From: Paraspadella gotoi
Lineage: Eukaryota; Animalia; Chaetognatha
DNA: 64,000 nt
Direction: 5' to 3'
NCBI GenBank assembly: GCA_051294375.1
Contig: CM119266.1
Coordinates: forward strand, 5,755,053-5,819,052
Shown: positions 12,540-24,232 of the stretch, in pieces
Numbering within the stretch: the stretch's first letter is position 1
Layout: every line of letters starts with the position of its first letter
Made by a program: the position numbers and the translations under genes
Notes under the pieces: generated by a model
What the model was told of the DNA's origin: nothing
Seen by the model: the letters and a program-made list of their open reading frames with translations, nothing else
The model's database searches: none

Positions 12540-13048
12540 GGCCATTAGAGTGGAGCTCTCGGGAAACAAAAATATTTTGGTGAACAAACAATGATATTTT
12601 ATTTAGATTATTTGGGGAACAGTATCTTGAAATACAAAATATTTATAGTAATATCCTTAAGAAAAATAGAGAAAACAACGATTTATTGAAAACTGTTTTT
12701 CCAAATTCAAAAACGCAACGAAAAGAGAGATCAAACACAAGGAATATCCTTATAAAATAGTAAATTCTTAAATAAATTTTTGATTCCTATTCTTTATAAA
12801 AAGTTAGANNNNNNNNNNATTTTTCTTATAGATTCCTATTCTTTATAGAAAGTTAGATAAAAAATATAAAACATGTTATCATATGATGAAACGTTTTACT
12901 CATTTTTCCGTAAAATCCGAAACCGTTCTTAAAATTAAAAAATATATTATAAGGATATTACTATAAAAAAATTAATTTATGTCTTTTTATGATACTGTTA
13001 TGAAATTGTTCAATCGCTCAATCTTTTCATCACTCCACTCTAATGGCC
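12540..13048. mobile_element. MITE-like element with perfect 16-bp terminal inverted repeats
   Basis: GGCCATTAGAGTGGAG (12540-12555) and CTCCACTCTAATGGCC (13033-13048); inner inverted pair TATAGTAATATCCTTA / TAAGGATATTACTATA; AT-rich and non-coding. Confidence 0.7.
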
Positions 13049-13635
13049 TAAATGGCCTAAATGGCCTAAATGGCTATATTTTCCCGTAATATCTGTCCTC
13101 AGTTATAAACATTTTATTATTTCTCTTCGGCAGTCTAATTACTAATTTTCTCATTAAAAATACCTTGGTTGATAATTTTATACTCTAGACATTTTAACAA
13201 CTAAAAATGAAGATAAAAAGCTTTAATATTTTATTTTAATGCTTTTATGCAATCGAATGCAGTTGTGGCACGCATGGAGGATACAAATGGTAATAAAGAA
13301 AAGCAATCAAGTTGATATGCATATCCTCGTTGAGAAAAACAGTTAGCAAAATCATTCAGTTTTGTAATTTTTGCACCAAGACCCCAAGGGGATGGAATCG
13401 TGATTAATTTCTTAAGTTGCAGACGGAATTCATAAAACTAAACTAAAGTAAATTTTTTTAAAGAAAAAATGGGGCAAAATAAGGAAACCTAGAAAAGCCA
13501 ATGATAATAGCTCTAACTCTTTACCTGAAAGAAAACAATACGAAACAAAAATAATTCAATGCTGATCAAAAGAAAAGAAATTCTGTGACAGAAAGGGAAA
13601 ATAAAAGAAAGAGTGAGTGTGAGAGAGCGAGCGAC

Positions 13636-13667
<32 letters not shown>

Positions 13668-15089
13668 TCTGACCTGAAAAAAAATTGTGAATAACCGACT
13701 CAAAACTCGACAGAGGTCGTTGCAGATTCTCAAAAGAGTAGGGATGGGATTGGAGCAAATGGAAACGAATAGTAGGTATGGAGTCGACTGGGAAATTGAA
13801 TAACAGAAAAATGGAAAACACTTTTGTTCTTAAATATTTCTTAAGTTTGAGACCCCTTTGGCGTATCTGTATATGCCGTCAAATGCATAAAATTAAAAAC
13901 CTATTTAACCCAAAAGTATTTGACTAAACCGCGAAAATTGTTTTTAAAACAACAAGAATAGGATAAAGGAATGAAAAAATATCATGTAAATTAAAGTAAT
14001 TATCTAAACAGGTTTTGTGGAATAAATAGGGATCGGACTCCAGCTAAAAAATTAAATATGGATGAAATATTAGAATTTCTTAGTTGAGAGAGAAAGAATT
14101 TGTATAAAAAAGGGAGAGGCATATAAAAGTAAAAATATTGAATCAAATATAAATAAAGTAAAAGAAAAGTTCACCAGAATAATATTGCGATTAAAAATAA
14201 TGAAGTTATAATTTGAGTAAAATGAATGCGGCATTATTGTTAAAAGAAATACCAAAAAGAATAAAAAATGAACACAAAACCCATACTTTTTAAGTAAAGA
14301 AGTATTTGTAGTAACTTCTGACTTTTTAATAAACTTAAACAATTACACACAATTTTTAAAAAAAACAAAATTACAGTAAACTTAATACTAAACTTATCGC
14401 AAAGGATGCTCTNNNNNNNNNNATTACACACAATTTTTTTAAAAAACAAAATTACAGTAAACTTAATACTAACCTTATCGCAAAGGATGCTCTGTAATTT
14501 GGCTGAACAAGTGTAAATATAAAAGTTAGCTTATTCTCTTATTCAACGAAAAGGCGACGAATGAGAAAAAAAGAGTATTTTCTAAATGAAGGAAAATAAT
14601 GAAAAAAAAATCGTCTACAATTTTGCAAAAACTAAATCGAAGAAGAAAAAGAAAAAAAGGGATTGACTTCGTTTTATGGAGCGAAATGTCGGAAGTAATT
14701 GGTTGCGGAGAAAATTGCTGAGTAAAAGTGCGCCGACTTGAAAACGCCATCTATCTCCATTTGCCGTCTCACTCTCATTCTCTCTCTCTGTCTCACTCTC
14801 TCTCTCTCTCTCACTCCATTTGCGGAAAAAGGATTGTGAGAAGAAAATGGGTTCCCCCTCAGTCGCCCAATCTTTGTCGCCGCAAATTAAGCCAAAGATT
14901 TATTTTCGGGAGAATTTTGTTTTACAAGATTATGAAAATAATACTTGAGAGTTATGATGTTTAGTTTGTTGAACAATGATAGTAAATTAACACCATATAT
15001 ATTTTAAAAACATGAATTTCTCTAGAAGTCAAGCAACGTATTTGTATTGATTAAATTAAGCCCATATACTGTGAAAGTTACTATTTTCT

Positions 15090-15125
<36 letters not shown>

Positions 15126-15467
15126 CCATCCTCCATTTAGCGCGAGAGCCGTTCGTTCCCTCTCCCTCTCCCGGCGCTAAAACGAATTCAAAATTCAATT
15201 TTTCTTCTCTTAAGCGAAGAAAGTGAAAGAGGGGGGGAGGAGAGGGGGGGGGAGAAAAATATGGGGGGTGGGTGGGAGAATTGGAGGAGGGATACAGAGC
15301 TTGGTTGGGGGAATGGAAACAGTAATCGACTGTAGTGAGGAAGAGAAATGATACAAGAGAAATGATAGCAATGAAAGAAGTGAGTTAATCTATGTATGGC
15401 AAGAGTCAGTGGTACAAATACTTTTGAAATTGGTCCTTTTATACAATTGAAACATTATACAATATTC

Positions 15468-15640
15468 ATTACATCACTTAATTGATAGGGAAGCCCGGTA
15501 GACTTGGAGTTAATAAACTGGGAGAGAGTAATGGTTGAAAGCTTGATGGTATCCTGCTATGTTATTGTATTGTAAGATGGATGGAAGCCATTTCCCGTTT
15601 TAGGCGGTCCAAAGTCAGGGGCAAGATAGCTAATTTATCA
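15468..15640 (-). mobile_element. Dispersed repeat, copy B (diverged)
   Basis: ATTGATAGGGAAGCC...GTCCAAAGTCAGGGGCAAGATAGCT is the reverse complement of the copy A core. Confidence 0.72.
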
Positions 15641-16499
15641 AATTAATCAATAATATTACATTGGTAAAGATAGAAAAAAAGAGGGAGAGAGAGAGGGCGT
15701 GAGAGATAGAAAGAAGAGAGAGTTAAGAAAAGTGAGATAGTGAGGGAGAAGAGAGGGTTGAGAGAAGTGAGACAGTGGGAGTGAGAAGAGAGAGTTAAGA
15801 GAAGTGAGATAGTGAGAAAAGAGAGTTGAATCTATGAAGCGAGATCTCTCTAGAGGGTGTTGGACCGAGAGACCCGGAAAAACGCGCTCATATTTAACCA
15901 TCGAGTCTGACAGGAATTTCAAATCCAGGAAAAAAAAGAAAGACTTGATATTTTCTTTTCTTCAAATTCGAAGCCTCGTTTTCGATTTGGCAAATTTGCG
16001 AAGATGGCGTTGGCTTGCGGGAAAGGATTTTACTGTAAATTTATAGTTTAAAGTATCTGCAGTCTTGAAAAATGTTGGAGGCGAATAATGAATTTTATGT
16101 GCAACTTGGTGCAACTATTGTGCAACCAATAATTCTTGATTTTTCGTCAATCACATGCGACTTCCTCGGATCTAAATCTATTTTCATTCATTTATTTAAG
16201 TAATGAAATTAGAAAAATTCAAATTGTTTTGTTAATGTTTTACTATGCTTTTAACAAAAAAAAATGTTATGAAAGAAAGAAAAAAAATCAAAACACTTAT
16301 TTTGTCTACATGTTATTTCAAAACTTTCAACAGTTAGAAAACGATGGTTTGCATTGTTTAACAGCTTGGCAACATAAAAACCTTAACATTACAGAAAGCT
16401 TGCGAAGGAGCTTGGCAATGTACAAGCAAGCGGACATTGGGTTTCTCTCCTCATTCGCGTTGGATCGAAAATTTGTTTCTCTCGATTGTAAAACCAGCG

Positions 16500-16688
16500 A
16501 CGTTTTTGTTATCCAACCTCCTCCTCTTCCTCTTCCTCCTTCCTCTTTCTCCTCCTTCTTCTCTCTTTTTCCTTCTTTTTCTCTCCCTCCTCCTTCTCTT
16601 CTTCCTCTCTCTTCCTCCTCCTCTCCTCCTCCTCCTCCCGTAGCCAGCGTGTCCCGAAACTCTGAAAACATCGAAACATACGTGTTCA

Positions 16689-16753
<65 letters not shown>

Positions 16754-16888
16754 TACAGAAAGAGGAAAGAGAGAAGGACAAAAAGGAAGAGAGATAGAGA
16801 GAGAGAGGAGAAAATGAAAAGGAAGAGAGTCGGCGGGAGGAGGAAGAGGAGGAGGAGGGAAGATCGAGTCATCGATGATGAGTCCCGT

Positions 16889-16945
<57 letters not shown>

Positions 16946-17772
16946 GAGGCGGAGAGTCGTGTATTCCGGCAAAAGATGTTCTGTTTTTCTACGGCGAGCG
17001 ATTGTCGGACATTTTCGCGTCGCGTTCGTCTCTCTCTCTCTCTGTCGCTCTCTCTTTCTCTTTCGTCTCTGTCTCTCTCTCTTCATCGCGTCGTCGTCGT
17101 CGTCATCATCGCGAAAGAGAGAGAGAGAGAGAGAGATTCCTCTTTTACTCTTCGTCTTCGTCGTTCGAACGAAACGCGAATTTTTTTTTCTCTTCTCTTT
17201 TCAAAAAATCGCGAATTTGCAATTTTTTTTGCAAAAACAAATATTTTCGTCCGAAAAAATTTGGTGATATAATTGGGTGAAAAAATAAATAATAAACAAA
17301 AGCCACCCGATATATATATATATATATACAAAATAATTTAATTATTGCTAAAACCGTCGGGGAAAAAATAATTAATAAATTTCCTTTTTTTCGTCGAAAA
17401 TCCGAGTGAGAATTATTTAACAAATAAAATTTGCGTCAAAATAAATTCCCCCCAAGATAAATTAAACCTTCGTTTTCACAAAACAAAAACGACAACAACA
17501 ACGAAATTTGCTCCAACGCGATCGGACTTATCTTTTCCAAACGCCACACTTCCGCCAACCAAGTCGACCTTACCAATCTTCTAATCCACGGATGACTTAC
17601 CTCACTCACCCGCTGGAAAAAAAATATATCACGCGCTTTCCTTTCGATTTCCTTTCGATTTTCCATTAAAATTCCGTCTCGTGTAATCGATCGATGGTGA
17701 ATTTCCGTTGGCGATAAACGTCCTCAACTCGACCCATCAACTCCAGCGTCAACTACATCGCGAGATCACGCG
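16500..17772 (+). promoter_or_regulatory. Probable Irx promoter/5' UTR region with GAGA and (GAC)n tracts
   Basis: Lies immediately upstream of the Irx ATG; CpG- and GAGA-rich; TSS cannot be determined from sequence. Confidence 0.35.
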
Positions 17773-17847
17773 ATGACGACCAGCTTCGGCACGGCGGCAG
17801 CGGCGGCGGCGGCGGCCGCGGGTTTCGGATTCGCCCTACCTTCGCAG
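17773..17847 (+). CDS. Irx: Irx exon 1 ([25 protein letters not shown])
   Basis: ATG, CAG|GTGTGG donor, phase 0; resembles the short Irx exon 1 ending FGY...PQ. Confidence 0.75.
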
Positions 17848-18402
17848 GTGTGGAAATATATGGGTAGAGTTGGTGGCGGGGTGGGGTTTTCGGAGTGGTG
17901 GGGTGAAAGGGTGAGGAACGGGTCAGGATGGGTCAGGACTCAGGATGGATCAACGTTTGGGCAAAAGGAAAGGCGTCTTGATATTTAATGGTTGGGGACG
18001 GGAAAACGGTTGTGAATAACTGAACCCATCATCGGCGCCCGAAAATGCGTGAAGAAAGATGGATGTGAGAGAAAGTCACTGTGATTCGTGGTGAGGGCGA
18101 GTGACTGAGTGGTGAGAGTCTCACGTGATTCTAAAAAAAAAGGACTTCCAGCTGAGCAGAGTCTTTTCTGTGAACGCGGGTCGAACGTTCGTCTCCAGCG
18201 TGAGACGTTTAATCGAGCGTGAAACGAATTAAAAACGAGATTCGAATCATCTGTGATTCTGCCCGTTTTATCTGTGTTCTTTTTTGTGATATTCTGGGAT
18301 TGCAATGTGGGGATCAGGATATAAAAATTTCAGTGATAAAGACAAAAACTGCAAATCAAAATAAGTCAATTTTCATCGACGATTGCTTTTTTTTAAATTT
18401 TT

Positions 18403-18481
<79 letters not shown>

Positions 18482-18498
18482 TTTTTTTATTTATTTTT

Positions 18499-18537
<39 letters not shown>

Positions 18538-19056
18538 TTTCCATTGTCATTGAGACAGTAAAAACCCACCTTGGCTTTCCCGCTTCGAAAATCCAAATCC
18601 AAAGAATAAATATTTTTTATTGTATAAAATATGTTATTAAAAACAAATTAAACTAAAAGGGAAAGAAAGAATAAGGTTTTTATTTGAATAATTTTATTCT
18701 TTTCTGTTGTCAAGATAACTTTTGGTCGGACCATCGAAAATAAATTTCTTATCTTTTTCGGCGAAAAATCAAAACGATTTTTTTTCATTAAAAATTCTCT
18801 CTCTCTCTCTCCTTCTCCACTTTCTTTCTTCTCTCTCTCTCTCTCTCTAGCCTTTTTGATTTCGTCAAACAGCCGTCTTCTTTTTGAGATCTTATAAAAA
18901 AAATTGATATAAAAAATTTCCTTTCAACATCTCCGAAATCGTGTAAGATTTAAGTTAAGTTAAATTCTTAATAATGTATAATTATAAAAAAACTGTAATA
19001 AACGACTCATTGCTGGTCGAATGTTATTATAAAATATCTTGGTCTGTTATATGTAT

Positions 19057-19094
<38 letters not shown>

Positions 19095-19225
19095 GCTTTC
19101 ATCGTCTCGCTCTCCATTTCTCTCTCTCTCTCTCCCCCGTGCGTGAAGTTGAGTTTTTCTTTTCCGTCGCCGCTCTGCCGAGTTTTTCCCCGGAGGTGTT
19201 GACTGTTGATGCTTCAATTCGGGGC

Positions 19226-19266
<41 letters not shown>

Positions 19267-21252
19267 CTCCCTCTTATGCCCTTTTTTCCAAACGCACAAT
19301 TCCTTCAAACCCCAATCCACGTTTTATACATCACCATCCTTGTTCACTCCATCATCCGCTACAACATCAAATCTCCGCGAAATTAAAACGAATCTTTTTC
19401 CTTTATTCTTTTAAAACATTTTGTCTCGCTCTCACGATGTACCTTTCACTCCACTCTTAAATTCCACTCTCGTTCAACTCCGTGTTATAATTGACTGTCA
19501 TCATTTGTCATCATTGTCTTTCTCATTGTCACTGTCGATGTCATCATCGTCTGAGTCATCGTTTTCTCTTTCATCTTCATCATCGTCCTATCTTACCTAT
19601 GATATTCCACCCCCGTAACCCCTATCCACTCTATCCAACCCCTAACCACCCACTCATAACCTCACCTCCCCACATTTCGACCACCTTCCTATCCCTACCC
19701 CCACCCCCCCCTTTCCTTCCCCTTTCGCCTGGAGATGAGATTTCCAGTTTTGTTTATCGAACCCACGTCGTTGTCGTCGTTGTCGTCGTCGTCGTCTTCA
19801 TCGTCGTCGTCGTCGTCGGCATCTTTTGGTTTTTCGTTTTTGTTACTTTATTTTGTCGTCGAAATTTTTTAACACGAGAAAAAACTTTTCGACGCTCGTT
19901 AACATTTCCGGGTTAATAATTAATGGGAAAACGAATCGTTAATGAGGTTGTCGTTAATCGTTAATCGTTAATCGTTAATGACGTTGTCGTTAATTTGGAT
20001 GTATACTTGGCGCGTTATAACGTTCCGTTGGCCATGTACGTGTATGCATTATTCATGTAATGAAATGCCCTGGCCGCTTGGCATTTTTTTGGGGGCTCAG
20101 CTGCGGTATTTTGGTAATTTGTGTGTATGATTACATGTAATTAAATGTCTTTTCGATATATGGTAATCATGCTTCTGAGGTATCTTGTATGCTTTACAGT
20201 ATTCAGTGTATTTACAGCATCGGCGGATTTGTACGAATGGTTATTTTTAATTTCTATAACTAATCGAGTCTGAGATTAGTAATGAAAAGTTTTATTTTTT
20301 ATAAAGTTACGGAATAGCAACAACGGAAAAAAAAGGACAAAGAAATCGATTTTATTTTACTTAAAATTTGAAATAAATAAAACAATAAATAAAAAATAAT
20401 TAAAATTTGTGGTTAAACTATAATCTTCCCCATTAACCGTCGGAGGGTAGATGACGTCCGGCTGGATTTCTTAGCGAGTTTAAAGAGATCAACATTTTCA
20501 CACTCACGAAATAGTTAAAGTTAAATAAAAGGGAAACCTCTTTAGGACAAAAAAAAGATAAATAAAATAGAAAAAAGAAAAAAAACTAACGCGATAATTA
20601 ACGGATTTATTTATTCGGATAATTTAAAACATTTCGAGAACTAATTACGTTTTTGTTCGTTAACGCGACGAGGGGACGAAGGAGGGGGCTGGGGGGGAGG
20701 TGAAAAGGGACGGGACTAAAACTTTTAAATTTTGAAAAATGATATATTCAACATCACTTACTGAGGCTAATTGATTTATTTTCTACTCTTCTCTCTCTTC
20801 TCTCTCTCTCTCTCTTCTTCTCTCTCTCTCTCTCTCTCTCTATCGTTCTAAAAAAGGGCGTATTTCTTCCCCCTTCTTTTCACTCGGGTCACCGACAAAA
20901 ATGAAAAGGGATATATTTTTATTTAAAAAAAAAATTGATTCTAATTTGAATCTCATTAAAACTAATTTTTTTTTCTCATCTGGAAGCGCGAAAATATTTC
21001 GAAGCCCCAGGGGAGACTAGTTAACTATACATATTATTAATGTATATACTATATATAATATTTATACGAATCTAGTATTTGTCAAAGGCTGGAAGGAACG
21101 TTTAGTTTAAGGTCGTAATTTGGTTTGAAAGGAAACGAGAGAAAATTTTTTAACTAATTATTGTTTGATTCGCTATTAATTACGACATCGCGAGCAATTT
21201 GTTATAATTAGGTTTTAAAAAAAAAACAAATTTGGATTGAACTGACGGGAAT

Positions 21253-21310
<58 letters not shown>

Positions 21311-22349
21311 GTTCAAACGAATTTATTGTATCGATTAATTTCGAAAAGACGATTAATACAAATTTACTTTGACAATGTCTCTCTCTTTCTCTCTTTACGA
21401 GTATTAATTTGTGAGTCGCGATTTGTATCCTGACCTTTTTCCCATTTTTCATCTTCTCCTCACCTCATCCTTTGACACCTTCCCTTCCTTACCTTCAGAT
21501 TCTCTTACCAACGGCGCCGCCAGTCTCGATAGCGCCGCCACCGGCACCGCCGGCGTCCTCGTTGACGCCGCCACAAACCGGAAGTCCGCCCCACGCGTCA
21601 TCGTCGACGCCGTCGTCGTCCGCTGCGCTGAGCAAAGGATCCTGCTGCGATCAGACGGACTGCGCATGCGCGCCGCCGCCGTCTTCGGCCGCAGCATCGC
21701 AGCAGACGCAGCAGCTTCCGGTGAGTAGATGTTTTTTGTTTTTGTAAATCGCTTTAAAATATTCCGAAGTGCATATATTGCTACTTCACTCTAATTAAAT
21801 GCTCACACAATACATCTTAACGATAACAAACCAAATACTCAAATCGACCAATCAAATTGCTTTCCCTTTTCAGTTTCCACCAATGGCCGCCAGCGACGCC
21901 ACGCGTCTTCTCGCTTCCGCGGCCGCCGCTTACCCGGCCCCCCTAACCCCGACGGCCCTCTCCTCCATCTACGGGGCCTACGCGCCCCCGGAGGCCTACG
22001 CGGCTGCCATGCACCAGTCAGCCTTCTACCCGACCATGGTAAGTTCTTTTTGAAAGGGAACTTATCTTTTTGGATTTTGTCAATGGGATGGCGTTTAAGT
22101 TTTTTAGATTGACCAATCAGCAAAGCTTGCGTTACTTGCTCTTAACTATGTGAATTAATAATTAAATGTACGAACGTATTTAAACTTATACTAAATAGTT
22201 AGAAATAATCTTATCTTATCCTTTTTCTTTTTCTTCATTTTTTTCTCATTTGGATTTTCAAGGCAGTAAATTATTCTTTCAACTTCCTTCCTTTCACTCA
22301 CCTCCTCTGCCTTCCATTACTTTCCTTCATCATTTGATTTAGATAACTT

Positions 22350-22429
<80 letters not shown>

Positions 22430-24198
22430 ACGTTGGGATGTAGTCGCTTACCTCTTAACTTATCTCTCGCTCAAACTTCTGCGGAATTAAAACCTCGAGA
22501 CGAAGTTTAGATTTCGGGAGGGAGGAAAGAATATCCGATATCAGAGAGGGAGAGAGGAGAGAGGAGAGCGGGAGGAAAGAAAAGTAGAGCAGAGGAAGGA
22601 AGGGAAGAGGAGAGGGAGGAAATGAGAAGGAGGAAAGGAGAGGAAAGGATATGAAGTTGTAGAGAGAGGAAGAAGAAGAGAGAAAAGAAATGGAGAGAGG
22701 GAGGAAAGAGGGAAGAGATTGGAGAAGGGAAAGGGAGGAGGGAGGAAAGAAAAGTTGAGGAAAGGAAGGAGAAAACGATAAAGGATAAAAAAAAAGAGGA
22801 AAGAGATAAAGGAGAACATTTTGGAGTCAGGAGATCTTTGGAGGAAAGAGAAATGGGAGAGTGACATGAAAGGATGGAAGATATACAGAGAGGGAGAGGG
22901 AGACAGAGTGAAACGAAGAAAAAGAGAGAAAGGGAGTGAGTGGGAGAGGGAGACAGAGTGTAAAGGAAGAGAAAGAGAGACAGGAAGACAGAGCGAAAGG
23001 AAGAGAAAGGTAAAGAAAGAGATTAAAAAAGAAAAGAGGTAAATTATCTCCGGAAAAGAGATATGGCAATAAAGAGAAGAGGGAGAGGGAGACAGAGTAA
23101 AAAAAGGAAAGGAATAGAGAGCGGAAGGTAGAGAGAAAGGGAGAGAGAGACAGAGAGGGAGGAAGAGAGAGAGAGAGAGATTGGTTTTCTCCGACGAATT
23201 GATTGATTAGCGGACCTGGCTTTCCCTTTTCTCCATTTTCCAAATATTAGTCCATTAAACAAAAGGGCCGAAGTCTCATGAACGGCAGGAGGAGANNNNN
23301 NNNNNNNNNNNNNNNNNNNNNNNNNNNNNNNNNNNNNNNNNNNNNNNNNNNNNNNNNNNNNNNNNNNNNNNNNNNNNNNNNNNNNNNNNNNNNNNNNNNN
23401 NNNNNNNNNNNNNNNNNNNNNNNNNNNNNNNNNNNNNNNNNNNNNNNNNNNNNNNNNNNNNNNNNNNNNNNNNNNNNNNNNNNNNNNNNNNNNNNNNNNN
23501 NNNNNNNNNNNNNNNNNNNNNNNGAGAGAGAGAGAGCGTCACGCTACATGAAACTTCATCCTTTCGGCTTTAATTGGCCGAAGACCCTGACTTTTCTCTT
23601 CTCATAGTCATAGTATTTTTTTAACTGTTTTTTTTCTCAAAGTCCTTACCTTTTACACTTACCCTCTTTCCAGAACCCCGCCTACGACCTGAAGGAAGGG
23701 TTCGCTCCCGGACTCCCGCCCACCCCGATGGCTCCTTACCCCTACGATCCGATGGGAGTCTATCCTTACGCCGGGTAAGTGTCTCTCATCCCTGATTGGC
23801 TGCGCTTTTTTGATCGTCTGTTTTGATTGGTCGAAAAAAGCCGAGATCGCGTGCGCTGATTGGCTGACGAGAGAAGATGAGATATTTGCTCATTAAGGCG
23901 ACGAAGAAAAATTGTTAAATTACCGAGATAATTTTCTTGTTCAAGGAAAGTGTAAGGTTTAACGAAGCCAGTAATTTTGGATGAAATATAGATTGCTTAT
24001 TTATTAAATGAAAGGAAAATTTTTATATCTGTTGCACCAATTTCATATTAAGTTTAAAATTTTTAAATTTTAATTGCAAAATAAAATTATCTGCCTTTTT
24101 TTTTTAAACATGTGATTTCAAAAAAATATTCTCTCTCTCTCTCTGTCTCTCTCTCNNNNNNNNNNNNNNNNNNNNNNNNNGGAGAGAGGGAGAGAGAG

Positions 24199-24232
<34 letters not shown>

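Noticed and set aside
14342-14493. ~70-bp direct repeat across a 10-N gap (similar case at 12782-12857)
   Set aside because: Overlapping contig ends or two haplotypes joined by a placeholder gap, not a tandem repeat.
16136-17272. 378-aa ORF and overlapping ORFs upstream of Irx
   Set aside because: Built from (CCT)n, (AG)n and (GAC)n tracts that lack stops in several frames on both strands; no domain or splice support.
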